A stretch of DNA of 64,000 nucleotides. Origin: Octopus sinensis. Lineage: Eukaryota. The DNA lies in contig NC_043020.1 in NCBI RefSeq assembly GCF_006345805.1, positions 7,874,001 to 7,938,000 of the forward strand, in the 5' to 3' direction. The notes under the pieces are model-generated. The model was not told where the DNA came from. It made no database searches and was given only the letters and a program-made list of their open reading frames with translations. Below are positions 25,728 to 38,761 of the stretch, in pieces; position 1 is the first letter of the stretch; each line of letters begins with the position of its first letter. Both the position numbers and the translations under genes were made by a program.

Positions 25728-26122
25728 GTGGAGGCGCAATGGCCCAGTGGTTAGGGCAGCGGACTCGCGGTCGTAGGATCACGGTTTCGATTCCCAGACC
25801 GGGCGTTGTGTGTGTTTATTGAGCGAAAACACCTAAAGCTCCACGAGGCTCCGGCAGAGGGTGGTGGCGACCCCTGTTGTACTCTTTTGCCTCAACTTTC
25901 TCTCACTCCACTCTTACTTCCTGTTTCTGTTGTACCTGTATTTCAAGGGGCCGGCCTTGTCACTCTCTGTGTCACGCTGAATATCCCTGAGAACTACGTT
26001 AAGGGTGCACGTGTCTGTGGAGTGCTCAGCCACTTACACGTTAATTTCACGAGCAGGCTGTTCCGTTGATTCGGATCAACCGGAACCTTCATTGTCGTAA
26101 CCGACGGAATGCTTCCATTCCC
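25728..26122 (+). mobile_element. tRNA-derived SINE family C, full-length, with 12-bp TSD
   Basis: A box TGGCCCAGTGG, B box GTTTCGATTCC; TSD ATATTGCCAAAG at 25716-25727 and 26123-26134. Confidence 0.9.
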
Positions 26123-26727
26123 ATATTGCCAAAGATCTCAGTCACTTGTCACTGCCTCCATGACAAGTGGCTGTGACAATAAGCCCCAATATTCTTATTA
26201 TTGAAGCAGAGAGCTAGCAGAACTATTAGTGCATCAAACAAAATGCTTAGTGACATTTCTTTCAGCTCTTTATTTTCTGAGTTTAAATTCTTCCAAGGCT
26301 ATCTTTGCTGTTCAGCTTTCCAGGGTTAATAAAATAAAGAACTAGCTAAATCCTGGAGGAGAGCGATGTAATCAACTCGCCCCTTCCCCTCAAAATTGCT
26401 TCTCTTATGCCAAAATTTGAAACACTTTTTTATTTTCAAAATGAAGTGAAACAGTGATTTTCAGCGAAAATATTGTAACAAAATGCTTAAATTTATATCC
26501 AACTCTTTTGAAAAAGAGAAAAATATTGGCAGTGTACACCCTTACACCTCTCCCTGATAGTTTACCTCGCTTTTTAGTTTCACTTCAGCCTCTCCTATCA
26601 TCTTCCTTCTATGATTTGAGTAGCCATATAGCTTCTCTACAACAAGAAACTTGTTCTATCCTGGCCTCTTCTTTCAAACTTTAACCTTTCATCTCCAAAT
26701 ATAAAGCTGCTTTCCTCTGTATAATAT

Positions 26728-26897
26728 ATTTCTTTACTACCCACAAGGGGTTAAACACAGAGGGGACAAACAAAGACAGACAAACGGATTAAGTCGATTA
26801 CATCGACCCCAGTGCGTAACTGGTACTTAATTTATCGACCCCGAAAGGATGAAAGGCAAAGTCGACCTCGGCAGAATTTGAACTCGGAACGTGACGC
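26728..26897 (-). mobile_element. SINE family B, 5'-truncated
   Basis: Reverse-complement consensus match. Confidence 0.85.
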
Positions 26898-27313
26898 TCT
26901 GTATTATAGACCCACTCACAAAAAAGGGGGGGGGGGATCTTAGTCTTAATAACTGCATAGCAACTTCACCTTTTGTTAATTAGAGCAATTAAAAGGTGTT
27001 TCTTTCAACTCCTTCCTACCCACTTTGTCCCCAGTATCCCACAGAAAATCTACCACTGCCTCCCAGGAGACGGTACCACCCATTTCGAGAATCATCAGAT
27101 ATCTGTATATATAAATAAAATGCTTGTTTGATAATTGCACCTATATTTCTGCACTATATAAATACATACTTGCAGTGTCTGTATATGTGTATATATTTGA
27201 ATAAGCCATACAATTAGAGCTATATAATGTAACTTGTTTGCGCTATCCAAAACGATTTGATTATAGATTTTATTCAAATATAAATACACGTAAAGCTGAA
27301 CTTGCTCACTTCT

Positions 27314-27316
<3 letters not shown>

Positions 27317-27377
<61 letters not shown>

Positions 27378-27567
27378 CAAGCACTTTGATGTTTACATAC
27401 GTAAAACCATACAAAAAGAATGACTGCGTCTCTCTATAGGTGTGTATGATTGTATGCAAGGGTTTGTATAGTAGTATGGAAGGTGTGTATGTGTGTGTGT
27501 ATAATATATATATATATATATACATGCATATATATATATATATACACATACATACATACATATATAT

Positions 27568-27613
<46 letters not shown>

Positions 27614-27710
27614 TATATATATATTTATATACATATATATATGTACACACATATACATACACATATATATATATTTATATACATATATATATGTACACAT
27701 ACATATACAT

Positions 27711-27760
<50 letters not shown>
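27317..27760. repeat. (GT)n and compound (TA)/(TACA) microsatellites
   Basis: Direct reading. Confidence 0.95.
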
Positions 27761-27764
<4 letters not shown>

Positions 27765-28143
27765 CTCTGTGTTTACAAGCCAAATTATTTGTTTCTTGTT
27801 CAATATCTTATTGGGAAGAAATGCAAAACAACAACACAACACCAAAAGGAAACAGAAACAAACCAATGTATTGTAATGTTTTTGTTGCCCTCGTGGCAAA
27901 TACAAGCAGTCATTATCGTTATCATTTTATTATTATTATTATTTTTTCCTTTTTTTTTTTTTTTACTTGTAATTTTTTTTCTTTTCCTAGTAATTTGGTC
28001 CAGCTGTAAGAAATTTAATTCAATACACATACAGTTTACTCAAAACTGTTTTTGGTTTTTGTTGTTGTTGTTGTGTTGAGGAGGAATAGAGTGGAAGTCA
28101 GAGGAGGAGGAGGAGACGAAAATCACTGATTTATTATTGATTT

Positions 28144-28181
<38 letters not shown>

Positions 28182-28539
28182 ATTGTGGCTGTTGAAATAA
28201 ATGTTCGGGTTTAATTATACATTCAGAGTATGTACGCATAGCTAATTAAATTGCTGATTTCTCACTGAACAGCTTGTTAACTACATATGCTTCGAGTGTA
28301 TGTTTGCATGTCTATGTGCGTGTGTTTGCGTGTGTGTGTGTGCGCGTGTGCGCGTCAGTGTATGCGTTTGTGACGTTATGCATTATTTTATTATTTCCAC
28401 ATGTATTATGTATTGTACACTCATGCACACACTTGTGAAGATGCAGTAATTTGCAGCAATTTCTTTCTCCCTCTCTCTATATATATATGTATATATTTAT
28501 ATTTGTGTGTGTTTGTATGTATGTATATATATATGAATC

Positions 28540-29052
28540 AAATCAAATCAAATCGAACCAAATCAAAATAGATGAACATCAATGGAATTTGTATCCTTGT
28601 GGTACCAGTGCCGGTGGCACATAAGAAAACCATCCGAACGTGATCGTAGCCAGTACCGCAACGACTGGCCTCCGTGCTGAGGGCACGTAACAAACACCAT
28701 CCGAGCGTGGCCGTCCGCCAGCCCCGTCTGGCACCTGTGTCGGTGACACATAAGAAAACACCATCCGAGCGTGGCCGTCAGCCAGCCTCGTCTGGCACCT
28801 GTGTCGGTGGCACATAAAAAACACCATCCGAGCGTGGCCGTCTGCCAGCCTCGTCTGGCACCTGTGTCAGTGGCACATAAAATCACCCACTACACTCTCG
28901 GAGTGGTTGGCGTTAGGAAGGGCATCCAGCTGTAGAAACACTGCCAGATCTGACTGGCCTGGTGCAGCCTTCGGGCTTGCCAGACCCCAGTTGTACCGTC
29001 CAACCCATGCTAGCATGGAAAGCGGACGTTAAACGATGATGATGATGATGAT
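28540..29052 (+). mobile_element. Family E retroposon: (AAATC)n head, internal VNTR of about 63 bp, RTE-like (GAT)n tail
   Basis: Four units plus a partial unit of GTG.CGGTGGCACATAA.AAACACCATCCG..; tail CCAACCCATGCTAGCATGGAAAGCGGACGTTAAACGATGATGAT. Confidence 0.75.
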
Positions 29053-29073
29053 AATACATATATATATATATAT

Positions 29074-29098
29074 GTGTGTGTGTGTGTATTTATAAATC

Positions 29099-29141
<43 letters not shown>

Positions 29142-29270
29142 ATTTATAAATCTCTCTCTATATATATGTGTGTGTGTATTTATAAATCTATATATATATA
29201 TATGTGTGTGTATTTATAAATCTATACATATATATATATTTGTGTGTGTATATAAATATATATATAAGTA
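29074..29270. repeat. Microsatellite-derived tandem repeat (TA)n(TG)nTATTTATAAATC, about 4 units
   Basis: Direct reading. Confidence 0.85.
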
Positions 29271-30187
29271 CAAAGTATATATGTAAGTGGATTCACTTAT
29301 AGTAAGTACACACACACACATGTATATGTTATCAGACATGCAATACAGATATGTCTGTGTATCTATGTGACTTATTTAGCAAATGCTTGTCATTTTGACT
29401 ACAGCCATGCTGGAGCTCTATCTTATAGGGTTTTAGTCAAAGAACTCAACCTCAAGACCTATTCTTTGTAAGCCTAGTACTTATTCTATTGGTCTATTTT
29501 GCCAAACTACTAAGTCACAGGAACATAAACACACCAGTATCGGTTGTCAAACAATGGCAGAGGGACAAACATAGACACACAGATATAAATATATATATAT
29601 ATATACATATATGATGGGCTTCTTTTGGTTTCTGTCTACCAAATCCACTCATAAGGCTTTGGTCAGCTCAAGGCCATAATAGAAGATACTCGCCCAATGT
29701 GCCATGCAATGGGACTGAACCTAAAACCATATGGTTGGGAAGTAAGCTTCTTACCACATAGCCAAACCTGCACCTTTATATAAAGCAATGTATAACTGTG
29801 GATGAGCTTTGCAGAGCTTGCTGCAAGATTTTTGCTCAAACCCTATTTAACTGTATGTGTATATATGTAAAGAATTGGTTTTAAAATGCTTATGTAAGTG
29901 TGGTGTGATAGCAATGCCCAGATAAATTCGATTGTTAACTTCAACTTGATCATCAGGGTGAGATAATCCAGAGGTAGATAACCAGCTAGAAAAACAACCA
30001 AAATCAAGGTGTGTGGAAGCAGAGAGGCAGACAACAAGAGTAGGTGTAGGATATGCATTTACATGATGTACTTGAGCCTTAAGATAAGACACAGTATAAA
30101 TTGTATATGCAACTTTTCATGTAAATACATATCTTACATCTGTTATTGCTTGTCTGTGTTTCTACCTGTAGATAAATGTTTATATAT

Positions 30188-30598
30188 AGGCGCCGGAGTA
30201 GCTGTGTGGTAAGTAGCTTGTTTACCAACCACATTGTTCCGGGTTCAGTCCCACTGTGTGGCACCTTGGGCAAGTGTCTTCTACTATAGCCTCGGGCCAA
30301 CCAAAGCCTTGTGAGTGGATTTAGTAGACGGAAACTGAAAGAAGCCCGTCGTATATATGTATAAATATGTATATATATATGTGTGCGTGTATGTTTGTGT
30401 TTGTCCCCCCAGCATTGCTTGACAACCGATGCTGGTGTGTTTATGTCCCTGTCACTTAGCAGTTCGGCAAAAGAGACCGATAGAATAAGTACTGGACTTA
30501 CAAAGAATAAGTCCCGGGGTCGAGTTGCTCGATTAAAGGCGGTGCTCCAGCATGGCCACAGTCAAATGACTGAAACAAGTAAAAGAGAGTAAAGAGTA
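30188..30598 (+). mobile_element. SINE family A
   Basis: Consensus match. Confidence 0.9.
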
Positions 30599-30914
30599 TA
30601 TATATATATATGTGCGTGTATACATACATACCTATATATGTATACATATATACATACATATATACATATATATATTTGTGTATGTATATATATTATATAT
30701 ATATATACATACATACATACATACATACACACTCTCATACACATATATATTCACACAAATACACATACACAAATAGGTACGGAAAAATCCAAGCTGTGTC
30801 CTTTTGAAGCAACCTGCTTGTTCTATTATTGCAATTCAGTATGTAGTTGTTATTGATGTTATATTGATGTGAGGTATGTATTAGTGTTGAAAGTTCTGGA
30901 AATCTTGTTTGCAG

Positions 30915-30971
30915 AGTTATTATATAACAAAATGGGAGTCAGGAAAATTGCTTTACCAAAATATTTTCTAG
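30915..30971 (+). CDS. Candidate exon (LLYNKMGVRKIALPKYFL in phase 1, or SYYITKWESGKLLYQNIF* in phase 0)
   Basis: TCTTGTTTGCAG acceptor and TAG|GTACCT donor; no homology recognised. Confidence 0.2.
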   Translation, partial: SYYITKWESGKLLYQNIF

Positions 30972-31102
30972 GTACCTGTTTTGTTATATACACTTAAAAA
31001 TCTACACTATATATTTTAAATAATACATGTTTACTATTGACTTCCAGTAACACATGCATAGTAATATACATTGACTGGCCAGAGTTAGCTGCACCATACT
31101 TA

Positions 31103-31584
31103 CACATGTGTCCCACTAATTTTATTTCCTCATAACTTTCAGAAAAATGGATATTTTTTAATGAAATTTTTCTACAAATATGCTTCAGACGTATAGATTC
31201 TGATTATATCAGAATTTATTTTGAAATAATTTATTCGAGTAAAAATGTAATGTGTGTCAGTATGTATATGTGCTAATGCTATCCCATCAGTTTTTATTTT
31301 CGTATTAAATTCTAATATGATCATAATCTACACTCTGAAAGGTATTTGTTGAAATTTTCAATAAAAAATGCCTATTTTTCAAAAAGTTATGTGGAAACAA
31401 ATCCAACTCGTGTGAATTTTCTGAAACTCCTTTCCTCACTCCCCTGAATACGTGTTTTTGACAACAAATTCAAATACAATTGGAACCAATACCATTTGAA
31501 GCATATTTGTAGAAACTTTCATTCAAAAATATCCATTTTTCTGGGAGTTATATAAAGAAACAAAGTTGGTAGGGCACAGTTATG
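31103..31584. mobile_element. Tc1/mariner-type MITE with long imperfect TIRs
   Basis: TA flanks; about 85-bp inverted repeat (CATAACTTTCAGAAAAATGGATATTTT..CTACAAATATGCTTCA and its reverse complement). Confidence 0.85.
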
Positions 31585-32789
31585 TATGTATGCCCATTGC
31601 TTTAACGTAACTCATACTAAGATTACATTACTATTATACATCTACATATCAGCTTTCTTTGCCTTATTTTCATTTTGTATGTAACACTATTTAATTCTAT
31701 AATTGCATGTTATATATAAACAAAGAATGTACTTCTTCCATTCAGTTTGCATCAAAAAGGTGACAATACTGTGAATGAGATGGGCTCAGTTTTTCACTAT
31801 ATATAAATCGGGTAACTGTATTCATGATGATACTGTGTTTGATAACAAATACTAACTGTATTAAAAATGCATTGCTGTGTGTGTGTGTGTTATTAAATTT
31901 ATTGGCAGTAATTAGGTAGTAATTTTACGTTGCTTTTTAAACTCGTATTCTTTTAACATATTTGCATTTCATCTTATAACTCTACATTTCCCATTATTGA
32001 TGTTCAAGCTTCATTCATGTTACATGTCTTACCAGCATTCTTTCCGCATTCATGCCATATGTATACTTACACAAATATTCTACAGAATATATGATACAAT
32101 GATATAAAACATGCTATCTTGAAGATAGCATGTTTGTGCTTATATATATATATATGTAAATATACACATACATACGCACACATAAAAAATGTGGTATAAT
32201 TTAAATGTGTTACACATGTTTCATTAGAAGATGGGAAATATATTTTATGAATGTAAATATTTTTATTTCAATAATATAAATATAATACATTCCTAATAGA
32301 AATATACATACATGAAGGACATTTCCCAATTGTAAATCTTCAGCCGTGTACATGTACATAATGTCGTTATATAATGTTGTTTAGTAGTAAATCAGTTCTG
32401 GTTGAACAGTTCTTTGATCAATGACATGCAGTCTGTGACTATTCTAGCAATTGGATCACCTACATGGTGCATTTGTGTGTGTGTGTCTGTGTCTGTCTGT
32501 CTGTCTGCTTGCCTGCCTGTCTGTCTGTGTGTATGCTTGTGTAGGCATGAAATTGCGTTTGTCTGGCTGGTAACGGATGGGGATTTGGGGACCTTCTGTC
32601 TGTTTTCCATTCATCTGTGCATTTACTATGTTTTTTAAGCTACCATTCTATATCTGTTTCTGTTTATGCATTTACTATACATTTTTAAACTTATAAACAC
32701 ACACACACACACATGTATGTATATAGTTTGCAGCTGAGTTCCAGAGATTCTCCGTATAGAAGACACTTAGTAGTGCTCAAAAGATTCAA

Positions 32790-33400
32790 CCTTAGCCTCC
32801 AATGTCTTTACAGGGGATCATTCCAGGAAGTAAAGAAAGAGGGATATAAGAGGGAAAGATTGCAAGGAACAATTTGACCCAATTTGCTGACTTTTCCAAT
32901 GGTATGTAGGTGCTGATGAATGGTTGAATGACCAAATCGAAGCTTCTCTGCTTATTCCACAACAGTTATGATGGGAATTTGTTCCACTAGGATTTGCAGG
33001 ACATCCTCATCGAGCTCTACAGATCTTCCAGGCTCATCTTCTAGGCTGTAGTTTCCAGTTTGGAATTTCTGGAACCACCGTTAACACTGGCTTATGCTTA
33101 TTGTCCGATTCCCATATACTGCATTAATATTCCTCACATTTTCGATTGTGATGTTGCCTTTATTGAACTCATAAAGCAAAATATGCTGAATATGCTCCTT
33201 TGTTACTTCTATTATAGCTTTGAAAAAATAACTGTTAAAATCAAACTGCACTCTTCAAAACTTGCACTAAGAATAAGGACAAGGTAAAATTACTACCTGC
33301 TTTTATAGCAAATAGATGCAGGTAGTTTATCCCATTCCCCTCCGACTTGTAGTTCATGCAAATGAAAAAAATCACATTATTGATGAGATGACACAATATA
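32790..33400 (-). mobile_element. Mariner transposase 5' fragment
   Basis: AVYGNRTISISQC*RWFQKFQTGNYSLEDEPGRSVELDEDVLQILVEQ..HLHTIGKVSKLGQ. Confidence 0.85.
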
Positions 33401-33407
33401 TATATAT

Positions 33408-33788
33408 AGGCGCAGGAGTGGCTGTGTGGTAAGTAGCTTGCTAACCAACCACATGGTTCCAGGTTCAGTCCCACTGCGTGGCATCTTGGGCAAGTGTCTT
33501 TTGCTATAGCCCCAGGCCGACCAATGCCTTGTGAGTGGATTTGGTAGACGGAAACTGAAAGAAGCCTGTCGTATATATGTATATGTGTTTGTGTTTCTGT
33601 GTTTGTCCCCTAGCATTGCTTGACAATCGATGCTGGTGTGTTTACATCCCCGTCACTTAGTGGTTCGGCAAAAGAGACCGATAGAATAAGTACTGGGCTT
33701 ACAAAGAATAAGTCCCGGGGTCGATTTGCTCGACTAAAGGCGGTGCTCCAGCATGGCTGCAGTCAAATGACTGAAACAAGTAAAAGAG
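33408..33788 (+). mobile_element. SINE family A, young copy
   Basis: Consensus match. Confidence 0.9.
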
Positions 33789-34094
33789 TATATATATATA
33801 TATATAATATATATATATATATACACATACTGTTGATTGTACTGGTTTCACATTGGCCTGTGACCAACATGAGGCATCACAACTGTGGTGGTGGTGGTGG
33901 TGGTGGTGGTGGTGGTGGCTACAGTGAAAATGAGGACATTGGTGGCCGTGGCAGTGATGTTCAAAGTCAGACTGACATGATATGGGCCATCAATGGTTGT
34001 CATTCAAGGATATATGCTATGGTTTCAAAACTCAGGAGACCTTTCTGTACTCCGTCCTGGTGTGTGTGTGTGTGTGGGGGGGGGGGGGTAACAG

Positions 34095-34128
<34 letters not shown>

Positions 34129-34270
34129 TGTCATCGTTGTATCAACATCATTATCGTCTTTATTATTGATATTATTTGTAAGGTTGCTGAACAACATTGG
34201 AGAAGGAAAAGGGAAGGGTTTGTTGTGAATTTACATTCATTATAATCATCATCATCTATTTTTCCAGTGT

Positions 34271-34301
<31 letters not shown>

Positions 34302-34703
34302 ATATATCAGAGAGAGAGAGGGAGGCAGAGACCTGTAGGGATTAAGTTACCATAAATGGAACAACTAATTATACAACCTAGATTGGCTTAAATACATTAT
34401 TAAATGGTAGTGAACTAATAAAAACTGTTTTTATTGTGAAATTATTGTGTTCTATTTTTTTTATAAACAGATTTAAATGAGTGTACATAGGCTGTGTATT
34501 AGCAGTGGGGGTGGCTGTGTTGATGCATAGTGGTGACATGGTGTGGTCGTCACTTTTGCTTTGCTTTAGCTCAGCCCTAATCCAGAACATCGGAGATGTT
34601 GACCATCCTGTTTTTTTCCTATATGTTGCATCTCTAGGATTATAAGATATAATTTGAGCAAGGTTAGGGTGATATTTCTAGTTGACTACATGACTCTGTA
34701 GAG

Positions 34704-34952
34704 CAGTGGTTCTTAACCATTTTTTCTAAGAGCCCTTTTGACTTTTATTTTACACCGCTGGCCCCTCATCAGCATTTGGTGTTTAAAAAATATTATATTT
34801 TCATTATTAAATATTATTTGGAATTTTATCAAAAAAATTGTTAAAATACTTGGGGTATTGTAGAAATATAAACAGTTTTTTGCTCATAAATTTTAACAAA
34901 AGATCTTATACTGACCCCTAAGGGCCATATGGACCCCATTTGAGAACCACTG
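34704..34952. mobile_element. hAT (Charlie-like) MITE
   Basis: TIRs CAGTGGTTCT / AGAACCACTG; perfect 8-bp TSD CTGTAGAG (34696-34703 and 34953-34960). Confidence 0.9.
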
Positions 34953-35096
34953 CTGTAGAGGCCCCGTTGTTCATTTGTTGGTGGTGGTGGCAGTAGCAAA
35001 CTTTTTTGGTGATTGTAGTGGTGTCACCCTGCTAAAAACAGTAGCCAAATTTCCCTCAAATCTTATCCCACCACCTTATAAAAAGAAGAATACATT

Positions 35097-35975
35097 AACC
35101 CTTTTGTTACCATGTTTCTGCTGACGTACATTGCCTTTGTTTCAATGAATTTTGAAAATTTAGTAAACTAATTTAGTTATTATCAATCTGGTTTTTAGAA
35201 TGTAACTTTGATGGAAAATTTTAATTTAAGCCATTTTAGTGTTTTGTTACCATGTTTCCGTTAAAATACATTACCTTTTACTCTTTTACTCTTTTACTTG
35301 TTTCAGTCATTTGACTGCGGCCATGCTGGAGCACCGCCTTTAGTCGAGCAAATCGACCCCGGGACTTATTCTTTGTAAGCCCAGTACTTATTCTATCGGT
35401 CTCTTTTTGCCGAACCGCTAAGTGACGAGGACGTAAACAGACCAGCACTGGTTGTCAAGCAATGCTAGGGGGACAAACACAGACACACAAACACACACAC
35501 ACACACACATATATATATACATATATACGACAGGCTTCTTTCAGTTTCCGTCTACCAAATCCACTCACAAGGCATTGGTCGGCCCGGGGCTATAGCAGAA
35601 GACACTTGCCCAAGATGCCACGCAGAGGGACTGAACCCGGAACCATGTGGCTGGTTAGCAAGCTACTTACCACACAGCCACTCCTGCACCTTTGTTTTAA
35701 TTAATTTGGAAAATATGAGGAATTTAGAATATAATTTTGTCATTATTAAGCTAGTGTTTGGAATATAAATTAACATACATTTTTGATGGAAGGGTTGAGT
35801 TTAGATCACTTTAACCCTTTTGTTACCATATCTCTGTCAACATACGCTGCTTTTGTTTCAGTTAATTTTTAAAATAATGAAGAATTTAGTAAAACAACTT
35901 TCTCATTATTAAGCTTGGGTCTGGAACAAATTAGCAAAATATTTCGCAGGAAGATTATAATTTAGACGATTTAAA
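35097..35975 (+). repeat. Three tandem copies of the left arm of the piggyBac-like MITE, one interrupted by SINE A
   Basis: (TTAACCC)TTTTGTTACCAT recurring at about 35097, 35241 and 35811. Confidence 0.7.
35279..35691 (-). mobile_element. SINE family A, young copy
   Basis: Consensus match. Confidence 0.9.
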
Positions 35976-36844
35976 AACAATAAGTTCACGTCAAAGACCA
36001 GGAGGTGGGGGTCTCAGGTGGGTTGGTATCAAAAAGGTTCAAACAAAAAATTGGTTTCAAAGTACTAAGTGCATTCTTGTGCAGGAGTCTTGCAAACAAC
36101 TTGCACATGCAAGTGCTACCAGTTAAAAGCTCCGTATACCGGAAGCTAGCAAGTGTATGGGTCATCAGGAGAGAATGCGCGCCGTTTCGAGGCCTACCTC
36201 TCGACGGCATCAATGCGCACCGGCTCCCCCCCTCACTGATATGAGGCCCCGCTTGCTAGATCTGCTGGTTATGAAGAACTCAATATACTTCTAGCCATCG
36301 CTCATTGTCGGCTAGGAAAAAGGTTCAAACCAGGTGCTCCTGAATGCCTGTTGACTGGAAAATCGACAGACTTGTGTACATCTCGATCTGTTTCCATTGG
36401 GGATTGACCTGGTGCATAACAACAGCAACTGCAACCTCAATAACAATAGCTATGAATAATATGTTCATGATTTATGAATTCTCTTCTGTCCAAGATTGCA
36501 ATTTTATTTCTTTGTGAATGTAATAAAGGCATTTTTATTGAGATTTCCGGAACTTTTATGTGATATTAAGCAAGTGATTGTTAACAACAATGACAATAAT
36601 ATAAAATATAGCAACCAGCACCAACACTGCTGACACCATCCCCATCACTGCTTAAGGAGGCCGTCCACACCTTTGACATAAGCAGCAATGACACGTTTAC
36701 TAGAGTCCGATGAGGGAATCTCTATGTGGGTCATCCACTTTGCTAGAAATAACAGCCAAATTTACTTTTGTTAAAATCATACACTCGTCATATTACACAT
36801 ACACATTAATGCGTACTTTTACAGAGATGTAACGCACTCACCAC

Positions 36845-36912
36845 CACACATGCAGACGCTCACGCACACATGCAGACGGTCACGCACACATGCAGACGCT
36901 CACGCACACATG
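36845..36912. repeat. 20-bp tandem repeat CACACATGCAGACGCTCACG x3
   Basis: Direct reading. Confidence 0.9.
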
Positions 36913-36914
36913 CT

Positions 36915-37270
36915 TTTTGCCCTTCCCCGTCTTTGCTCTGTCCCTTCCCTCTCTCTCATTCCCCATCCCTCCCTATCATTTCCCATCCCTCTCTTTCCCC
37001 TATCTTGCGCTTTTTCCCTTACCTCTCTCTTTCAACTACCTCCCTCCTTTTCCTCTACCTCCTCTCTACTCCTCTCCCATCCTTTCCACTCTTCTCTCCT
37101 TTTTCTCTGCTACCCCCTCTCTCTCCTCTCTCTTCCTCTCTCTCTCCCTCTCTCTCTTCCTCTCTCTCCCTCTCTCCCTCCCTCCTTCCCCCCTCTCTCC
37201 TCTCTCCCCCTCTCTCTCCCACTCTCTCTCTCCCTCTCTCTCTCCTCTCTTCCTTTCTCTCCCACCTCAC
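36915..37270. repeat. CT-rich low-complexity tract
   Basis: Direct reading; explains the overlapping S/L/P ORFs. Confidence 0.9.
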
Positions 37271-38029
37271 TTGCCTGTCAATATCCACAGAGTGCATGTC
37301 AGTCTATTTGAATGAATCTCATGCATTTCTAAAAGGCAGCTACCAGAAAACAGCAGAGAATAAATACAAATATTTTGCTCTTCTTCCTGGTGGTGGTGGT
37401 CATGGTGGTGATTATGTTTTTATGGTGGTTTGTGTTCAGATATGTGTTGTGTGTGGCCAGTGGTGTTAGTACCTCACCTTCATCTTGATTAAGAATATCT
37501 ATGATCAAAGATTTTCCTGCTGTGACCACCCTATATTTGTACCCCACATCCATCCCTGAGACACTGTATTAAATTTTGAATCATCGTGTATGCCCTCTCT
37601 CCTTTGTCCCCTCCCCACTGTTAAACTTTGTGGAATGTCAATGGAGAGAAATTTGGCTACTATTTTTAGCAAGTTAGGTAGCCACATAGTCCTCTGTATG
37701 GTCACTACAGTTGGCTCAATGGTGTTGGTTGTAGTTTTAGTGTTGCTCCTTCCAGAGTGTGTGTGTGGTTGTGATATGACTTCTTCTTCTGTGTGTGTGG
37801 GGGGGGAGGGGGTCAGTAGTGAGAAAGTGAAAGTAAAGTTATCTTCTCGAGTCATACTGACTCATAAGGGCTGGTTTCCAGGTTTCATGACATATGTATT
37901 CCACACCTGGATGGGACACCAGTCCATCACAGGGTTACTCATTTCTGCTAGTTGAGTGGACTGGAGCAACACGAAATGAATTGTTTTGCTCAAGAGCACA
38001 ATGCATTGCCCAGTCTAGGAATTAAAAAT

Positions 38030-38505
38030 CTTATAGTTAAGTTAATTTTTTGGCTCAAAAAGCAAAAAGCAAGGCCATGTAGGGGGACATGGAGTTATGT
38101 ACAGGGAGGGTGTTCATGCAAAGAGTTCAGGCCATTTCTGGTCAAGAGAGACTTTGAACTGAGCAGTCGTCGGCATCTTCACTATCTCATCTGGCAGCTT
38201 ATTCCATGGATCCGCAACCCAGACGGAGAAAGCCCCTCTCCTTCGATTGAGATGAAATCATCACAGATAGAGCTTTTCGGAGGGACCCCGCAGCCGACGC
38301 TCTGGAATAGGAGTGAAGAACAGCTCTTTCGAGAGGTTACACTTTCCGCTTATGATGTTGTGAGCAAGAATGAGATCACCATGGCGTCATCGTTTTTCTA
38401 GAGAATAAAGGTCAAGTGTCTTCAGCCTTTCTTCATAAGACAAATGCTTGAGACCAAGAACCATGCGGGTAGCCAGCTTCTGGACTCTTTCGAGATGATG
38501 TATCA
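38030..38505 (-). mobile_element. CR1-type LINE 3' fragment nested in a SINE D relic
   Basis: RLKTLDLYSLEKRRRHGDLILAHNII..RRRGAFSVWVADPWNKLPDEIVKMPTTAQFKVSLD. Confidence 0.9.
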
Positions 38506-38761
38506 TGAGCCCAACACCTTAACCACCAAACCACTCAGTAGTGAGTTGTGATATGACTTCTAATGCATGAGTATGTGTGTGTATGTGCATCTGGTCAGTG
38601 GTGAATTTTGGTAGCGATCTACTTTCTCCCAGTGTATATGTGTGTGGTCAGTAGTATCTGTTCCTAGTTGTGGGTGTGGTTTCTTCCTCCGTGTGGTCAG
38701 TGGTGAATGAATGCTGGACTTATTACAATGTTGCGCAAAATATTCTGCTGCATGTTTTATC

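Noticed and set aside
25728-25805. tRNA-like sequence
   Set aside because: It is the head of SINE family C (TSD-flanked, followed by the SINE body) with no proper acceptor stem.
32392-32460. Minus-strand GDPIARIVTDCMSLIKELFNQN* as a terminal exon
   Set aside because: Weak acceptor inside a CA-repeat, with no supporting upstream exons or recognised homology.
36160-36215. Minus-strand GAAAC..CTGATGA combination
   Set aside because: Stem II arms do not pair and there is no NUH site consistent with stem III.
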